Shown: positions 9,782 to 19,798, counted from the first letter of the stretch. The stretch: 39,762 bases of DNA from a virus (IMGVR_UViG_2541047839_000005); one strand, 5' to 3'. Notes: generated by a model from the letters alone, not told the origin. Numbers and translations: made by a program.

Positions 9782-10080
9782 CGGGCAAAGAGGCAATTAT
9801 TCATTACCTGGGGACGCATAAGAGCTTCTGTGCACAGGACGTTGCCGCGGTAACAGGCGCAACCGTAACCAGCATAAATCAGGCTGCGGCTAAAATGGCG
9901 CGGGCAGGAATCCTGGTCGTTGATGGTAAGGTCTGGCGAACGGTGTATTACCGGTTCGCTACCAGAGAAGAACGGGAAGGAAAGGTGAGCACGAATCTGA
10001 TTTTTAAGGAGTGTCGCCAGAGTGCCGCGATGAAACGCTTATTGAGGGTATATAAAAGAACATCAATGGGTACACAATGA
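9778..10080 (+). CDS. ren: Ren protein
   Basis: MTGKEAIIHYLGTHKSFCAQDVAAVTGATVTSINQAAAKMARAGILVVDGKVWRTVYYRFATREEREGK closely matches lambda Ren. Confidence 0.9.
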   Translation: MTGKEAIIHYLGTHKSFCAQDVAAVTGATVTSINQAAAKMARAGILVVDGKVWRTVYYRFATREEREGKVSTNLIFKECRQSAAMKRLLRVYKRTSMGTQ

Positions 10081-10147
10081 TGAAACAGGTGAGTTGATTT
10101 CAAACTGTAGTACAATTCTCTCCAGTTTGAACAGGAAAGAATATGCT

Positions 10148-10480
10148 ATGAACCCTTATATTTATCTTGGTGGTGCAATACTTGCAGAGGTCATTGGTAC
10201 AACCTTAATGAAGTTTTCAGAAGGTTTTACACGGTTATGGCCATCTGTTGGTACAATTATTTGTTATTGTGCATCATTCTGGTTATTAGCTCAGACGCTG
10301 GCTTATATTCCTACAGGGATTGCTTATGCTATCTGGTCAGGAGTCGGTATTGTCCTGATTAGCTTACTGTCATGGGGATTTTTCGGCCAACGGCTGGACC
10401 TGCCAGCCATTATAGGCATGATGTTGATTTGTGCCGGTGTGTTGGTTATTAATTTATTGTCACGAAGCACACCACATTAA
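10148..10480 (+). CDS. emrE: SMR-family multidrug efflux transporter EmrE
   Basis: 110 aa from MNPYIYLGGAILAEVIGTTLMKFSEGF, matching E. coli EmrE (a known DLP12 cargo gene). Four TM helices. Confidence 0.9.
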   Translation: MNPYIYLGGAILAEVIGTTLMKFSEGFTRLWPSVGTIICYCASFWLLAQTLAYIPTGIAYAIWSGVGIVLISLLSWGFFGQRLDLPAIIGMMLICAGVLVINLLSRSTPH

Positions 10481-10510
10481 AAATAATTTGTTTCTAAACG
10501 ACTAAAATAT

Positions 10511-10551
10511 GGAGGCTCTTATATTTATATGAGCCTCGTTTTATGCTTTTT
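10511..10551 (+). terminator. rho-independent terminator downstream of emrE
   Basis: GAGGCTC-ttatatttatat-GAGCCTC followed by GTTTTATGCTTTTT. Confidence 0.6.
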
Positions 10552-10736
10552 GTTAATGTCTTTATTTTTTTATGTATTCTTTTGTGCTTTCAAGATTATG
10601 GCGTAAGAAAATTGCAATACGATTATTGTTGTATATTCAAGATAATGTGACCTTAATTGTCTTTTTAAATAAAAATTAAACAAAAATTATATCTCACCAC
10701 TAAGGTTTATAAAAGCATACGTTAGCAGGTGTCACC

Positions 10737-12263
10737 ATGAAAAAAGCCATAGCATATATGCGATTTTCATCACCAGGTCAGATGTCTGGCGACTCATTAA
10801 ACCGACAGAGAAGACTTATTGCTGAATGGTTAAAGGTAAATAGTGATTATTATCTTGATACCATAACATATGAAGATTTAGGATTAAGTGCATTCAAAGG
10901 AAAGCATGCACAATCAGGAGCTTTTTCGGAATTTTTAGATGCTATAGAGCATGGTTATATATTGCCAGGAACTACATTGTTAGTTGAAAGTCTGGACAGA
11001 CTTTCAAGAGAAAAAGTCGGTGAAGCGATTGAGCGTCTGAAATTGATTTTGAATCACGGTATTGATGTTATAACTCTTTGCGATAATACAGTCTATAATA
11101 TTGACTCTTTGAATGATCCATATTCATTAATAAAAGCCATACTTATAGCACAAAGGGCAAATGAAGAAAGCGAGATAAAGTCAAGTCGGGTTAAATTATC
11201 ATGGAAGAAAAAACGGCAGGATGCACTGGAGTCAGGCACGATTATGACGGCGTCTTGTCCGAGATGGCTCTCCTTAGATGACAAAAGAACGGCTTTTGTT
11301 CCAGACCCCGACAGGGTGAAAACTATTGAGCTAATTTTTAAACTCAGGATGGAAAGGCGCTCATTGAATGCAATAGCCAAGTATTTAAATGATCATGCTG
11401 TAAAGAATTTCTCAGGAAAAGAAAGTGCATGGGGACCTTCTGTAATTGAAAAATTATTAGCGAATAAAGCTCTGATAGGTATATGCGTACCTTCATATCG
11501 TGCAAGAGGTAAAGGAATAAGTGAAATCGCTGGCTATTATCCCAGAGTCATATCAGATGATTTGTTTTACGCTGTGCAGGAAATTCGGTTGGCACCTTTT
11601 GGTATTAGCAATAGTAGCAAAAATCCTATGTTGATAAATCTACTTCGAACAGTTATGAAGTGCGAGGCTTGTGGTAATACCATGATTGTTCATGCGGTAT
11701 CTGGAAGTTTGCATGGCTATTATGTTTGTCCGATGAGAAGACTGCATCGATGTGACAGGCCATCAATAAAGAGAGATTTGGTTGATTATAATATCATTAA
11801 TGAGTTGCTTTTTAATTGTAGTAAAATCCAACCAGTTGAAAACAAGAAAGATGCTAATGAAACTTTAGAGTTGAAAATTATTGAGCTCCAGATGAAAATT
11901 AATAATTTAATTGCTGCATTATCTGTTGCGCCTGAAGTTACCGCTATAGCAGAAAAAATCAGAGTATTAGATAAGGAATTACGAAGGGCTTCTGTATCAT
12001 TAAAAACTTTGAAGAGTAAAGCGGTGAGCTCACTTGGTGATTTTCATGCTATTGACTTAACCAGTAAAAATGGGCGAGAGCTATGTCGTACACTTGCCTA
12101 TAAAACATTCGAAAAAATCATAATCAATACAGATAATAAAACCTGTGATATCTATTTTATGAATGGCATTGTTTTTAAACACTATCCTTTAATGAAAACA
12201 ATATCCGCCCAGCAGGCGATAAGTACTCTCAAATATATGGTTGATGGTGAGGTTTATTTTTGA
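10737..12263 (+). CDS. ybcK: large serine recombinase (YbcK-like)
   Basis: 508 aa. N-terminal resolvase/invertase catalytic domain (AIAYMRFSSPGQ ... SLDRLSR), recombinase domain, Cys-rich zinc ribbon (CEACGN...CPMRRLHRC), coiled-coil tail. Same size and position as DLP12 ybcK. Confidence 0.85.
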   Translation: MKKAIAYMRFSSPGQMSGDSLNRQRRLIAEWLKVNSDYYLDTITYEDLGLSAFKGKHAQSGAFSEFLDAIEHGYILPGTTLLVESLDRLSREKVGEAIERLKLILNHGIDVITLCDNTVYNIDSLNDPYSLIKAILIAQRANEESEIKSSRVKLSWKKKRQDALESGTIMTASCPRWLSLDDKRTAFVPDPDRVKTIELIFKLRMERRSLNAIAKYLNDHAVKNFSGKESAWGPSVIEKLLANKALIGICVPSYRARGKGISEIAGYYPRVISDDLFYAVQEIRLAPFGISNSSKNPMLINLLRTVMKCEACGNTMIVHAVSGSLHGYYVCPMRRLHRCDRPSIKRDLVDYNIINELLFNCSKIQPVENKKDANETLELKIIELQMKINNLIAALSVAPEVTAIAEKIRVLDKELRRASVSLKTLKSKAVSSLGDFHAIDLTSKNGRELCRTLAYKTFEKIIINTDNKTCDIYFMNGIVFKHYPLMKTISAQQAISTLKYMVDGEVYF

Positions 12264-12374
12264 GTAATAATCACTTTTTCAACCGTGCTATAGTAAGAAA
12301 GTTAGGTAAGTACAATAAAATTATCTATCCTGAACGAAGCGTCCTGAGCTATGGTTTTACTATAGGGACTGCCA

Positions 12375-12692
12375 ATGGATGCTGGCGTTCTCGTTCTAGC
12401 AGTTCAACAATCCCCAATCACAAAACAATTCACTGATAACGAACTTTGCACACTCGCCTGGTTATGGCGAGCAGGGAATGTGATGTTAATTGCCTACCAG
12501 AACGTTACTCATCTTCTTCAGGATGCGGAGCATGGTGAAGCTGGTCACTTCACTTCCATCGAGCAAGAATATCCCCAGATACTCAACAGAGCGCGAGCAA
12601 TCCTCGTCCGAGAAACGGCACATGTAAAACTTCAGCCGTGGCAGGATGATAAGTGGAGTCGAGTATTGCCGTATTTGCGTCAAATCTGTTAG
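12375..12692 (+). CDS. hypothetical protein
   Basis: 105-aa ORF between ybcK and the 309-aa cargo gene. No recognisable motif, so it may be non-coding. Confidence 0.3.
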   Translation: MDAGVLVLAVQQSPITKQFTDNELCTLAWLWRAGNVMLIAYQNVTHLLQDAEHGEAGHFTSIEQEYPQILNRARAILVRETAHVKLQPWQDDKWSRVLPYLRQIC

Positions 12693-12896
12693 GAGTATAG
12701 CCGCCAGCCATGAGTGTTGTATTAAAACAAGGATGTCTATATATGGGATAGCGAGAGTATGAATATCAGTTATTTTGAGAGTTAACTGATTGTGAAATTA
12801 GTTTTTTTCACAAACGAGTGGGGTTACTATGATGAGTGTTCTAATGCATAGGGAACACCTAATTTTTTCAATGAATTCAAATTGATAGGATCAAAA

Positions 12897-13826
12897 ATGG
12901 CACAACAGAGAACTACCTCCCTCAGATCCATACCTTTAGACTTAGATGTTAAGCAAGAGGCTGTCATTAACGGTATAGAAATGGGGGTACTCGATAACGG
13001 AATTCCGTACCTTACTCAGAATGGGTTGGCAAATGTTTGTGGTGTTCAGCGTTTGCGAATCAAGGAAATTACCGATGAGTGGGCTCAATCTGTTGAGAAC
13101 GGTATTTTCAAAAAAGGAAGAATGACTTTTATTGGTACATATCTTCTTAATGAAGGTTTTACAGATGAAAAACTTTATATACCAATAATTCGAAATGGTG
13201 TTGAGTACCATGCTTATCCAGATGTTGTATGCATGGCTATACTTGAATACTATGCCTTTGAAGCAAAACAAGCAGAAAGTGAGACTGCAATTAGATCTTA
13301 CAGAGAGCTTGCTAAAAAAGGCCTCAAGACATTTATATACGAGGCGCTAAAATATCAACCGGAGGACCCGTGGAGGCATTACCATGACAGAGTATCTTTA
13401 TTAAAAGATAAGGGAACCATACCTGATGGGTATTTCATTATATTTAATGAAATTGCAGGTATGATGGTAGATCTCATCAATGCTGGATTAGCGATTAATC
13501 AGCATACCGTACCTGATGGCAGTGTTGGTTCTTGCTGGGCGCGTCACTGGAAAGCAAAGGGGTTAGCAACAGAATTTGGAGAAAGAGTAGACTGTGAGCA
13601 TTATTACCCTGAAGATTTTCTTCAGGCAAGTTCCAATCCTCAGATCATTAATGCCTATCCTGATTCTGCATTGTCAGAGTTTCGTAGATGGTTTAAGCAT
13701 GAATATTTAACCACAAAGTTCCCACCGTATATTCTTAAAAAATCAAACGTGCTTCCTGGTGGTACAGAAGATGCTAATCGTCTGATAGAAGCTTTCAAAA
13801 AATCAGAGCTAGAAAATAAACCATAA
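12897..13826 (+). CDS. hypothetical cargo protein (309 aa), nin-region cassette
   Basis: ATG 12897 with AGGA about 6 nt upstream. AT-rich. Occupies the slot filled by ybcL/ybcM in K-12 DLP12. Family not recognised. Confidence 0.6.
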   Translation: MAQQRTTSLRSIPLDLDVKQEAVINGIEMGVLDNGIPYLTQNGLANVCGVQRLRIKEITDEWAQSVENGIFKKGRMTFIGTYLLNEGFTDEKLYIPIIRNGVEYHAYPDVVCMAILEYYAFEAKQAESETAIRSYRELAKKGLKTFIYEALKYQPEDPWRHYHDRVSLLKDKGTIPDGYFIIFNEIAGMMVDLINAGLAINQHTVPDGSVGSCWARHWKAKGLATEFGERVDCEHYYPEDFLQASSNPQIINAYPDSALSEFRRWFKHEYLTTKFPPYILKKSNVLPGGTEDANRLIEAFKKSELENKP

Positions 13827-14022
13827 TTGTTTTTTGGCTTTTGATTTTACATAATCATTTTGCCATAATCATGTCATCGGAGCCTGAACAACTCCGGTGA
13901 CTTCTGCGCTAAACGGGGACGTTTATGCGCACATACAATCCAAACTCTCTTCTCCCTTCACAGATGCAGAGATGCACCTGCGATTTTTTGCATCCAGCGT
14001 TTGACCTCTGCGGAGGTGAAGC

Positions 14023-14478
14023 GTGAATCTCCCACAAGATGGCATCAAATTACATCGCGGTAACTTCACCGCTATCGGTCGGCAGATCCAGCCTTATCTG
14101 GAGGAGGGCAAATGCTTTCGCATGGTGCTTAAACCGTGGCGTGAGAAACGCAGTCTTTCCCAGAATGCACTCAGCCACATGTGGTACAGCGAAATCAGTG
14201 AATACCTCATCAACAGGGGTAAAACGTTCGCCACTCCAGCTTGGGTAAAAGATGCTCTCAAACACACATATCTCGGTTATGAAACCAAAGACCTGGTTGA
14301 TGTCGTAACCGGTGATATCACCACTATCCAGTCGTTACGCCATACCTCCGATCTTGATACCGGAGAGATGTATGTCTTCCTGTGTAAGGTTGAAGCCTGG
14401 GCGGTGAATATTGGCTGCCACCTGACTATTCCGCAGAGCTGCGAGTTCCAGCTGCTCCGTGACAAGCAGGAGGCGTAA
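14023..14478 (+). CDS. ybcN: YbcN-like protein (DLP12 nin region)
   Basis: 151 aa, [61 protein letters not shown] matches remembered YbcN. GTG start. Confidence 0.8.
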   Translation: MNLPQDGIKLHRGNFTAIGRQIQPYLEEGKCFRMVLKPWREKRSLSQNALSHMWYSEISEYLINRGKTFATPAWVKDALKHTYLGYETKDLVDVVTGDITTIQSLRHTSDLDTGEMYVFLCKVEAWAVNIGCHLTIPQSCEFQLLRDKQEA

Positions 14479-14648
14479 TGGCTACACCGCTTATTCGTGT
14501 CATGAACGGACACATCTACAGAGTATCAAATCGTCGTAAGCGTAAGCCTGAGCCGAAGCCATCCGAAATACCAACACTGCTCGGATATACCGCTAGCCTG
14601 GTTGATAAAAAATGGTTGCGACTGGCAGCAAGGAGGAATCATGGCTGA
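14478..14648 (+). CDS. ninE: NinE protein
   Basis: 56-aa [59 protein letters not shown], below the ORF-track cut-off. Start overlaps the ybcN stop. Conserved nin-region position. Confidence 0.7.
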   Translation: MATPLIRVMNGHIYRVSNRRKRKPEPKPSEIPTLLGYTASLVDKKWLRLAARRNHG

Positions 14649-14931
14649 TTTGAGAAAAGCAGCGCGTGGTCGGGAATGCCAGGTAAGAATCCCTGGCGTA
14701 TGTAATGGCAATTCTGAAACGTCTGTACTGGCACATATCCGGCTGGCTGGATTGTGCGGTACCGGTATCAAACCGCCAGACCTGATTGCCACCATTGCAT
14801 GTTCTGCCTGCCACGACGAAATCGACCGCCGCACACATTTTGTCGATGCTGCATATGCAAAAGAATGCGCGCTGGAAGGTATGGCGAGAACACAGGTTAT
14901 CTGGCTGAAAGAGGGGGTTATTAAGGCGTGA
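14641..14931 (+). CDS. ybcO: YbcO-like putative nuclease
   Basis: 96 aa from [23 protein letters not shown]... with Cys-rich motif. Matches DLP12 YbcO. Translationally coupled to rusA. Confidence 0.75.
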   Translation: MADLRKAARGRECQVRIPGVCNGNSETSVLAHIRLAGLCGTGIKPPDLIATIACSACHDEIDRRTHFVDAAYAKECALEGMARTQVIWLKEGVIKA

Positions 14932-15290
14932 ATACCTACAGTATCACATTACCCTGGCCGCCGAGCAATAATCGCTATTACCGCCATAATCGCGGGCGCA
15001 CGCACGTCAGCGCAGAGGGGCAGGCATACCGCGATAACGTCGCCCGAATCATTAAAAACGCAATGCTGGATATCGGCCTAGCTATGCCTGTGAAAATCCG
15101 CATTGAGTGCCACATGCCGGATCGCCGTCGCCGTGACCTGGATAATCTGCAAAAAGCCGCTTTTGACGCACTCACTAAAGCAGGTTTCTGGCTGGATGAT
15201 GCTCAGGTCGTTGATTACCGCGTTGTGAAGATGCCTGTTACCAAAGGTGGGAGGCTGGAACTGACCATCACCGAAATGGGGAATGAATGA
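14928..15290 (+). CDS. rusA: Holliday junction resolvase RusA
   Basis: 120 aa, [42 protein letters not shown]... matches RusA. Confidence 0.9.
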   Translation: MNTYSITLPWPPSNNRYYRHNRGRTHVSAEGQAYRDNVARIIKNAMLDIGLAMPVKIRIECHMPDRRRRDLDNLQKAAFDALTKAGFWLDDAQVVDYRVVKMPVTKGGRLELTITEMGNE

Positions 15291-15427
15291 TGTTTGAGTT
15301 TAATATGGCAGAATTTCTTCGCCACCGCTGGGGGCGTCTGCGCTTATATCGTTTCCCCGGTTCTGTTTTGACCGATTACCGAATACTGAAGAATTACGCC
15401 AAAACCCTGACAGGAGCAGGAGTATGA
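15287..15427 (+). CDS. ylcG: YlcG-like small protein
   Basis: 46-aa [49 protein letters not shown], overlapping the rusA stop. Conserved position before Q. Confidence 0.5.
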   Translation: MMFEFNMAEFLRHRWGRLRLYRFPGSVLTDYRILKNYAKTLTGAGV

Positions 15428-15511
15428 AGTCAGAGATAACAATCAACTAATACTGTTTTGTTGATTTTTGCTTGTAATTGGCGTTCTGGCCTGATTTTGT
15501 GGAGAAAGTTG

Positions 15512-15868
15512 ATGCGTGATATGTATGAAGTAATGGATCGTTGGGGAGCTTGGGCTGCTTCAGACAATAGCGGAGTGGACTGGCAGCCGATAGCGGCTGG
15601 TTTCAAGGGACTTTTACCTCATGGCAAAAAGTCACGGATTCAGTGTGATGATGACGAAGGCATCATGATAGACAGTTGTGTGGCTCGGTTGAGAAGGTAT
15701 AAACCAGAGGAATATGAGCTCATCATCGCCCACTTTGTTATCGGTATCTCATTACGCACTATTGCGAAGAAGAGAAAATGCTCTGATGGCACAATTAGGA
15801 AGGAACTGCAAACTGCAATGGGGTTTGTTGACGGCTGTTTAGCAATGTTAGCTTATAGTATGGCATAA
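15512..15868 (+). CDS. quuD: late-gene antiterminator Q (QuuD-like)
   Basis: MRDMYEVMDRWGAWAAS...WQPIAAGFKGLLP... resembles phage-82/DLP12-type Q. Position is between rusA/ylcG and the lysis cassette. GGAGAAAG Shine-Dalgarno. Confidence 0.7.
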   Translation: MRDMYEVMDRWGAWAASDNSGVDWQPIAAGFKGLLPHGKKSRIQCDDDEGIMIDSCVARLRRYKPEEYELIIAHFVIGISLRTIAKKRKCSDGTIRKELQTAMGFVDGCLAMLAYSMA

Positions 15869-17062
15869 AAAATAAAATAGATTTACTGCCGATTTTTCAA
15901 AAAAGACTGGGAACTGTTTATATCCAACGTAAATAAGGCCTCCATAAAACATGGCTGATGCGAGATATTTAACAGTTCTCATCCTTTTTTTAGCTTTATC
16001 AATCAAACCTGTAATGCTACTCTTAATACTATCTGCATTATCTTTGATTTCTTTATTTTCTTCAAACTTTAAATACTTATCGAAAGCGGACTCCACTCGA
16101 GAACGTAAGTTGTCGAATGTTTCATTGAATATCTCAATAGAAATGTAATTGACTTTTTTTATCATCCAAAGTCCTGCGATAATCAATATTGCTTCGGTTG
16201 TTTCATTAGCCTTCACTAAGCCACCAGCTGCTATTAATGCACCGGGAATAGTCAATGCTTTTGTCTGATTAGATGATATGAATTCGTTAATTTTACTCGT
16301 GAACTCAAGATTTTTCTCATCGAGTTCGTTAAGAATTTTATTTACAGAAAACCTCTTTGTGTAAATCTCATATAGTTCATCATATTTTTTCCTGACGAGT
16401 TCAGTAGAGTTAAGCAAGTCAAAGAAATTGAACGTACCATTTGCTTTAAATACTTCGTTTATGGCTGAGCGTATAACGAGCTTGCGCTCGCTTTTGTGTA
16501 AATCATTGATTTTTATTGTGTCGAGAAGCTCCTTTATAATTTCATATTTAAGAGACGAGTTCGATAAGCGATTAATCTCGCTATATTGTAAAAAATGCGT
16601 GAGTTCGACTGTATAACTTTTGTCTTCATTGGTGAAAAATAAGACAGAGCAGTCACTGTTATGATGATCAGCAATTAATGAAAGGATATCTTTCCACATA
16701 AAGAAAATATGGATTTTTTCGATGCTTTCATTCTTAGAAGTAGGGAGTATTAACGGCGTTCCGATGATATAATTTTTCGGAAGAGCGTTTTGGGTGTTTA
16801 CTCTAGACCAAAAAGACTCAACATTCTCATAAATTATAGCATCATCCCAAGATGAAGCTTGGCGATCTAGCCAAATTTCATTATTTTCGATGCAGGTTGT
16901 TGCCTTTTTATAACCTATAGATTGTAACAGTCTAATTATTTCAGAACTATTTACAATAACAATGCTTTCTTCAAGACTTATGACAGTGTAGTAGCCCTCA
17001 ACTCTGCTTGAGGCTCCGTTAATAATCTGCGCTAATCTTGATAAGTCATCAGCAATTGTCAT
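15848..17062 (-). CDS. hypothetical membrane protein, second gene of the Q-to-holin cargo operon
   Basis: 404 aa. About 260-aa soluble N-terminal region, then hydrophobic helices (ALTIPGALIAAGGLV, AILIIAGLWMI, LASAMFYGGLIYVGY). Start ATG 17062 lies 2 nt after the upstream gene's stop. Very AT-rich. Confidence 0.65.
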   Translation of the reverse strand: MTIADDLSRLAQIINGASSRVEGYYTVISLEESIVIVNSSEIIRLLQSIGYKKATTCIENNEIWLDRQASSWDDAIIYENVESFWSRVNTQNALPKNYIIGTPLILPTSKNESIEKIHIFFMWKDILSLIADHHNSDCSVLFFTNEDKSYTVELTHFLQYSEINRLSNSSLKYEIIKELLDTIKINDLHKSERKLVIRSAINEVFKANGTFNFFDLLNSTELVRKKYDELYEIYTKRFSVNKILNELDEKNLEFTSKINEFISSNQTKALTIPGALIAAGGLVKANETTEAILIIAGLWMIKKVNYISIEIFNETFDNLRSRVESAFDKYLKFEENKEIKDNADSIKSSITGLIDKAKKRMRTVKYLASAMFYGGLIYVGYKQFPVFFEKSAVNLFYFLCHTIS

Positions 17063-17064
17063 TA

Positions 17065-18239
17065 TTAGCTGTCTCTATATCTTTTGAGTTCATCATAATT
17101 TGCCTGACTCAATTTTATCACAATTTCGCATTTGTTGTCAGTGAGAATTACAGGCTTATTTGACTTTTCGTCTCCAATAGCTCCACGCATTATTTTCAAC
17201 TTAAAATTATTGTCGTTATCTGCCACTTCAATTGTAAGCGCGCTTTCAGCTGCTTTAGGAGTTGGTTCAAATTGAGGGTCAATCTGGAAACCATTAAGAT
17301 TAACAAAATCGACAAACGTTCCCTTACATTTGTGTGAATCAGTCAGGCATGAGTCAATTATTTTTGAAATATCCTCTATCTTAACGGACTTATTTCCGTG
17401 TTTATCTTTTGATTTTTTTCCAGTAAGGATTTAACTTCATTGTCAATAGTATCACGCAGTACACGACCGAGTGAGTTTTTACTAGCAAAAATATCTATAG
17501 CACTGAATAATTGCTGAATGCTTCTTTTATTGTCCGAATCATGTCGGCAACCTAATGAGTCTTTGAAAAAATCGCTTTTAGATTTACCTTGCAAGAAATG
17601 TACATATGAGTCACCCTTGTTTTCTGGATAACTGGCTTCGAATAAAGTTAAATCGAACATCGCAGCCTGCCGTAAGGCATCGGTATTAATTGGATTTAAT
17701 CTTGTTGGGGTCAACTTATCCGAATCAAAGTCATAGGCGCTTTGTTTATCAACCATTACGATTAGAAGTTTCCCCAAATCCTCTGGTTCGGTAGACTTAT
17801 AGTGGATGAAAACAACGCTCCCCCCCTGAAGTTGGGCAACTCTCGATTCGTTATTAGCATTATGTTTAAGCTTCTCTATTATAGCTCTAGATAAATCAAT
17901 GAATTCATTATTCTTATTAATGTATTTTTTTAGGATCGTAGGAATGGATGAAGGGTTGTGATCTGAGTCTAGGAAGTTATGAAATTTGTTTTTTCGGCTA
18001 AATTTTTTCTCAATTCTGGTTATGAATTCAGATGTGACTTCATTTTTTAGATCCCAAACTTCACCTAATCGATAATCAAATGCTCTTGAATCATTTTTTT
18101 CAAGATTTGCTGTTACAGCACCAATAGGAAAGTACGATTGTTTGCCCAGCACTACAACATGAGGCGTGGCACCGCATTTATCGCAAGCTACAGTTGGGTC
18201 GTCAAGAACATTGCCACATTCTAAACAAGTTATATCCAT
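17065..18239 (-). pseudogene. zinc-ribbon plus NdpA/YejK-like protein, reading frame broken at a homopolymer
   Basis: N-terminal CxxC..CxxC zinc ribbon (CLECGN...CDKCG). Central region resembles remembered nucleoid-associated YejK (GGSVVFIHY...LLIVMVD; YVHFLQGKSKSDFFKDSLG). The ORF stops at 17376, but a second frame stays open from the T7 run (plus 17411..17417) to TAA 17065..17067 and encodes a YejK-like C-terminus. Confidence 0.6.
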
Positions 18240-18357
18240 TATATATCCCGAATTATAAGAATGAATTTTTATGTGGCTGAAAATTCTATCAAAACACTAA
18301 CGCGTACGCAAAAAATATCGTAATCTGTTAAGTGTGCTCACTTCGCCACACAGCTTA

Positions 18358-18390
18358 AACCCGCCATCGAGCGGGTTTTGTCGTTTCTGG
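18358..18390 (+). terminator. terminator-like hairpin upstream of holin (possible tR' analogue)
   Basis: AAACCCGC-catcga-GCGGGTTT followed by TGTCGTTT, about 140 nt upstream of the holin start. Confidence 0.4.
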
Positions 18391-18530
18391 GTCTGGGGAT
18401 TCCTTGGTCCTAGCCTATCCCGCAGTTATCCATTGACTCGGCTTCTTTGACGTTTCCGCTTCTGATTTGCGGTACATGATGTTTCCTCAATTTGCACCTG
18501 CTGTATCAGCGAGGTGAGAGATAACTACAA

Positions 18531-18857
18531 ATGCCTCATAACCCAAATACATGGCTGGAGTTGGTCCAGAGCTGGTGGCGTGGAGACACACCGCTGGGCG
18601 CAGTGATTATGTCGATTGTTATGGCTGGTTTACGTATTGCCTATTTTGGCGGTGGTGGCGGCTGGAAGCGAAAAACACTCGAAATTCTACTCTGTGGCGC
18701 TCTGACGCTGACTTTTGCATCCGCTCTTGAGTATGTCGGATGGCCTAAATCACTATCTGTTGCCATTGGTGGTGGGGTGGGGCTGATCGGTGTTGATGCT
18801 ATTCGTGGGGCTGCAATGAGAGTAATCGGTAACAAGTTTGGTGGCTCTAAGGAGTAA
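18531..18857 (+). CDS. holin (class I, three predicted TM helices)
   Basis: 108 aa with three hydrophobic segments and a charged C-terminus. Immediately precedes the endolysin gene. Confidence 0.7.
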   Translation: MPHNPNTWLELVQSWWRGDTPLGAVIMSIVMAGLRIAYFGGGGGWKRKTLEILLCGALTLTFASALEYVGWPKSLSVAIGGGVGLIGVDAIRGAAMRVIGNKFGGSKE

Positions 18858-18860
18858 TTT

Positions 18861-19337
18861 ATGCAGGTACTAAATTCCCAGCGTAAAGCTTTCCTTGATA
18901 TGGTGGCATGGTCAGAGGGAACGGATAACGGGCGACAACCGACACGTAACCACGGTTATGACGTTATTGTCGGTGGAGAACTCTTCACTGATTACTCCGA
19001 TCACCCTCGCAAACTTGTCACGCTAAACCCGAAACTCAAATCAACAGCTGCAGGCCGTTATCAACTTCTTTCACGCTGGTGGGTTGCTTACCGCAAGCAG
19101 CTTGGCCTGAAAGACTTCTCTCCGAAAAGCCAGGACGCTGTGGCACTGCAACAGATTAAAGAGCGTGGCGCTTTACCGATGATTGATCGCGGTGATATTC
19201 GTCAGGCTATCGACCGTTGCAGCAATATCTGGGCTTCACTTCCGGGCGCTGGTTATGGTCAGTTCGAGCATAAGGCTGACAGCCTGATTGCAAAATTCAA
19301 AGAAGCGGGCGGAATGGTCAGAGAGATTGAGGTATGA
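18861..19337 (+). CDS. R: endolysin R (lambda-type lytic transglycosylase)
   Basis: 158 aa, near-identical to lambda R ([66 protein letters not shown]...). Confidence 0.95.
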   Translation: MQVLNSQRKAFLDMVAWSEGTDNGRQPTRNHGYDVIVGGELFTDYSDHPRKLVTLNPKLKSTAAGRYQLLSRWWVAYRKQLGLKDFSPKSQDAVALQQIKERGALPMIDRGDIRQAIDRCSNIWASLPGAGYGQFEHKADSLIAKFKEAGGMVREIEV

Positions 19338-19798
19338 ACAGATTAACCGCGATTATCTCCGCTCTGGTTATCTGCATCATCGTCTGTCTGTCATGGGCGG
19401 TTAATCATTACCGTGATAACGCCATTACCTACAAAGCCCAGCGCGACAAAAATGCCAGAGAACTGAAGCTGGCGAACGCGGCAATTACTGACATGCAGAT
19501 GCGTCAGCGTGATGTTGCTGCGCTCGATGCAAAATACACGAAGGAGTTAGCTGATGCGAAAGCTGAAAATGATGCTCTGCGTGATGATGTTGCCGCTGGT
19601 CGTCGTCGGTTGCACATCAAAGCAGTCTGTCAGTCAGTGCGTGAAGCCACCACCGCCTCCGGCGTGGATAATGCAGCCTCCCCCCGACTGGCAGACACCG
19701 CTGAACGGGATTATTTCACCCTCAGAGCGCGACTGATAATAATGCAAAAACAACTTGAAGGGGCACAGCTATACATTCGAGAGCAATGCCTCAGATAA
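19334..19798 (+). CDS. Rz: i-spanin Rz
   Basis: 154 aa, matches lambda Rz ([68 protein letters not shown]...). Confidence 0.9.
   Translation: MNRLTAIISALVICIIVCLSWAVNHYRDNAITYKAQRDKNARELKLANAAITDMQMRQRDVAALDAKYTKELADAKAENDALRDDVAAGRRRLHIKAVCQSVREATTASGVDNAASPRLADTAERDYFTLRARLIIMQKQLEGAQLYIREQCLR
19554..19736 (+). CDS. Rz1: o-spanin Rz1 (lipoprotein, embedded in Rz in +1 frame)
   Basis: 60 aa with lipobox LVVVGC and a proline-rich mature region. Wholly inside Rz, as in lambda. Confidence 0.85.
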   Translation: MRKLKMMLCVMMLPLVVVGCTSKQSVSQCVKPPPPPAWIMQPPPDWQTPLNGIISPSERD

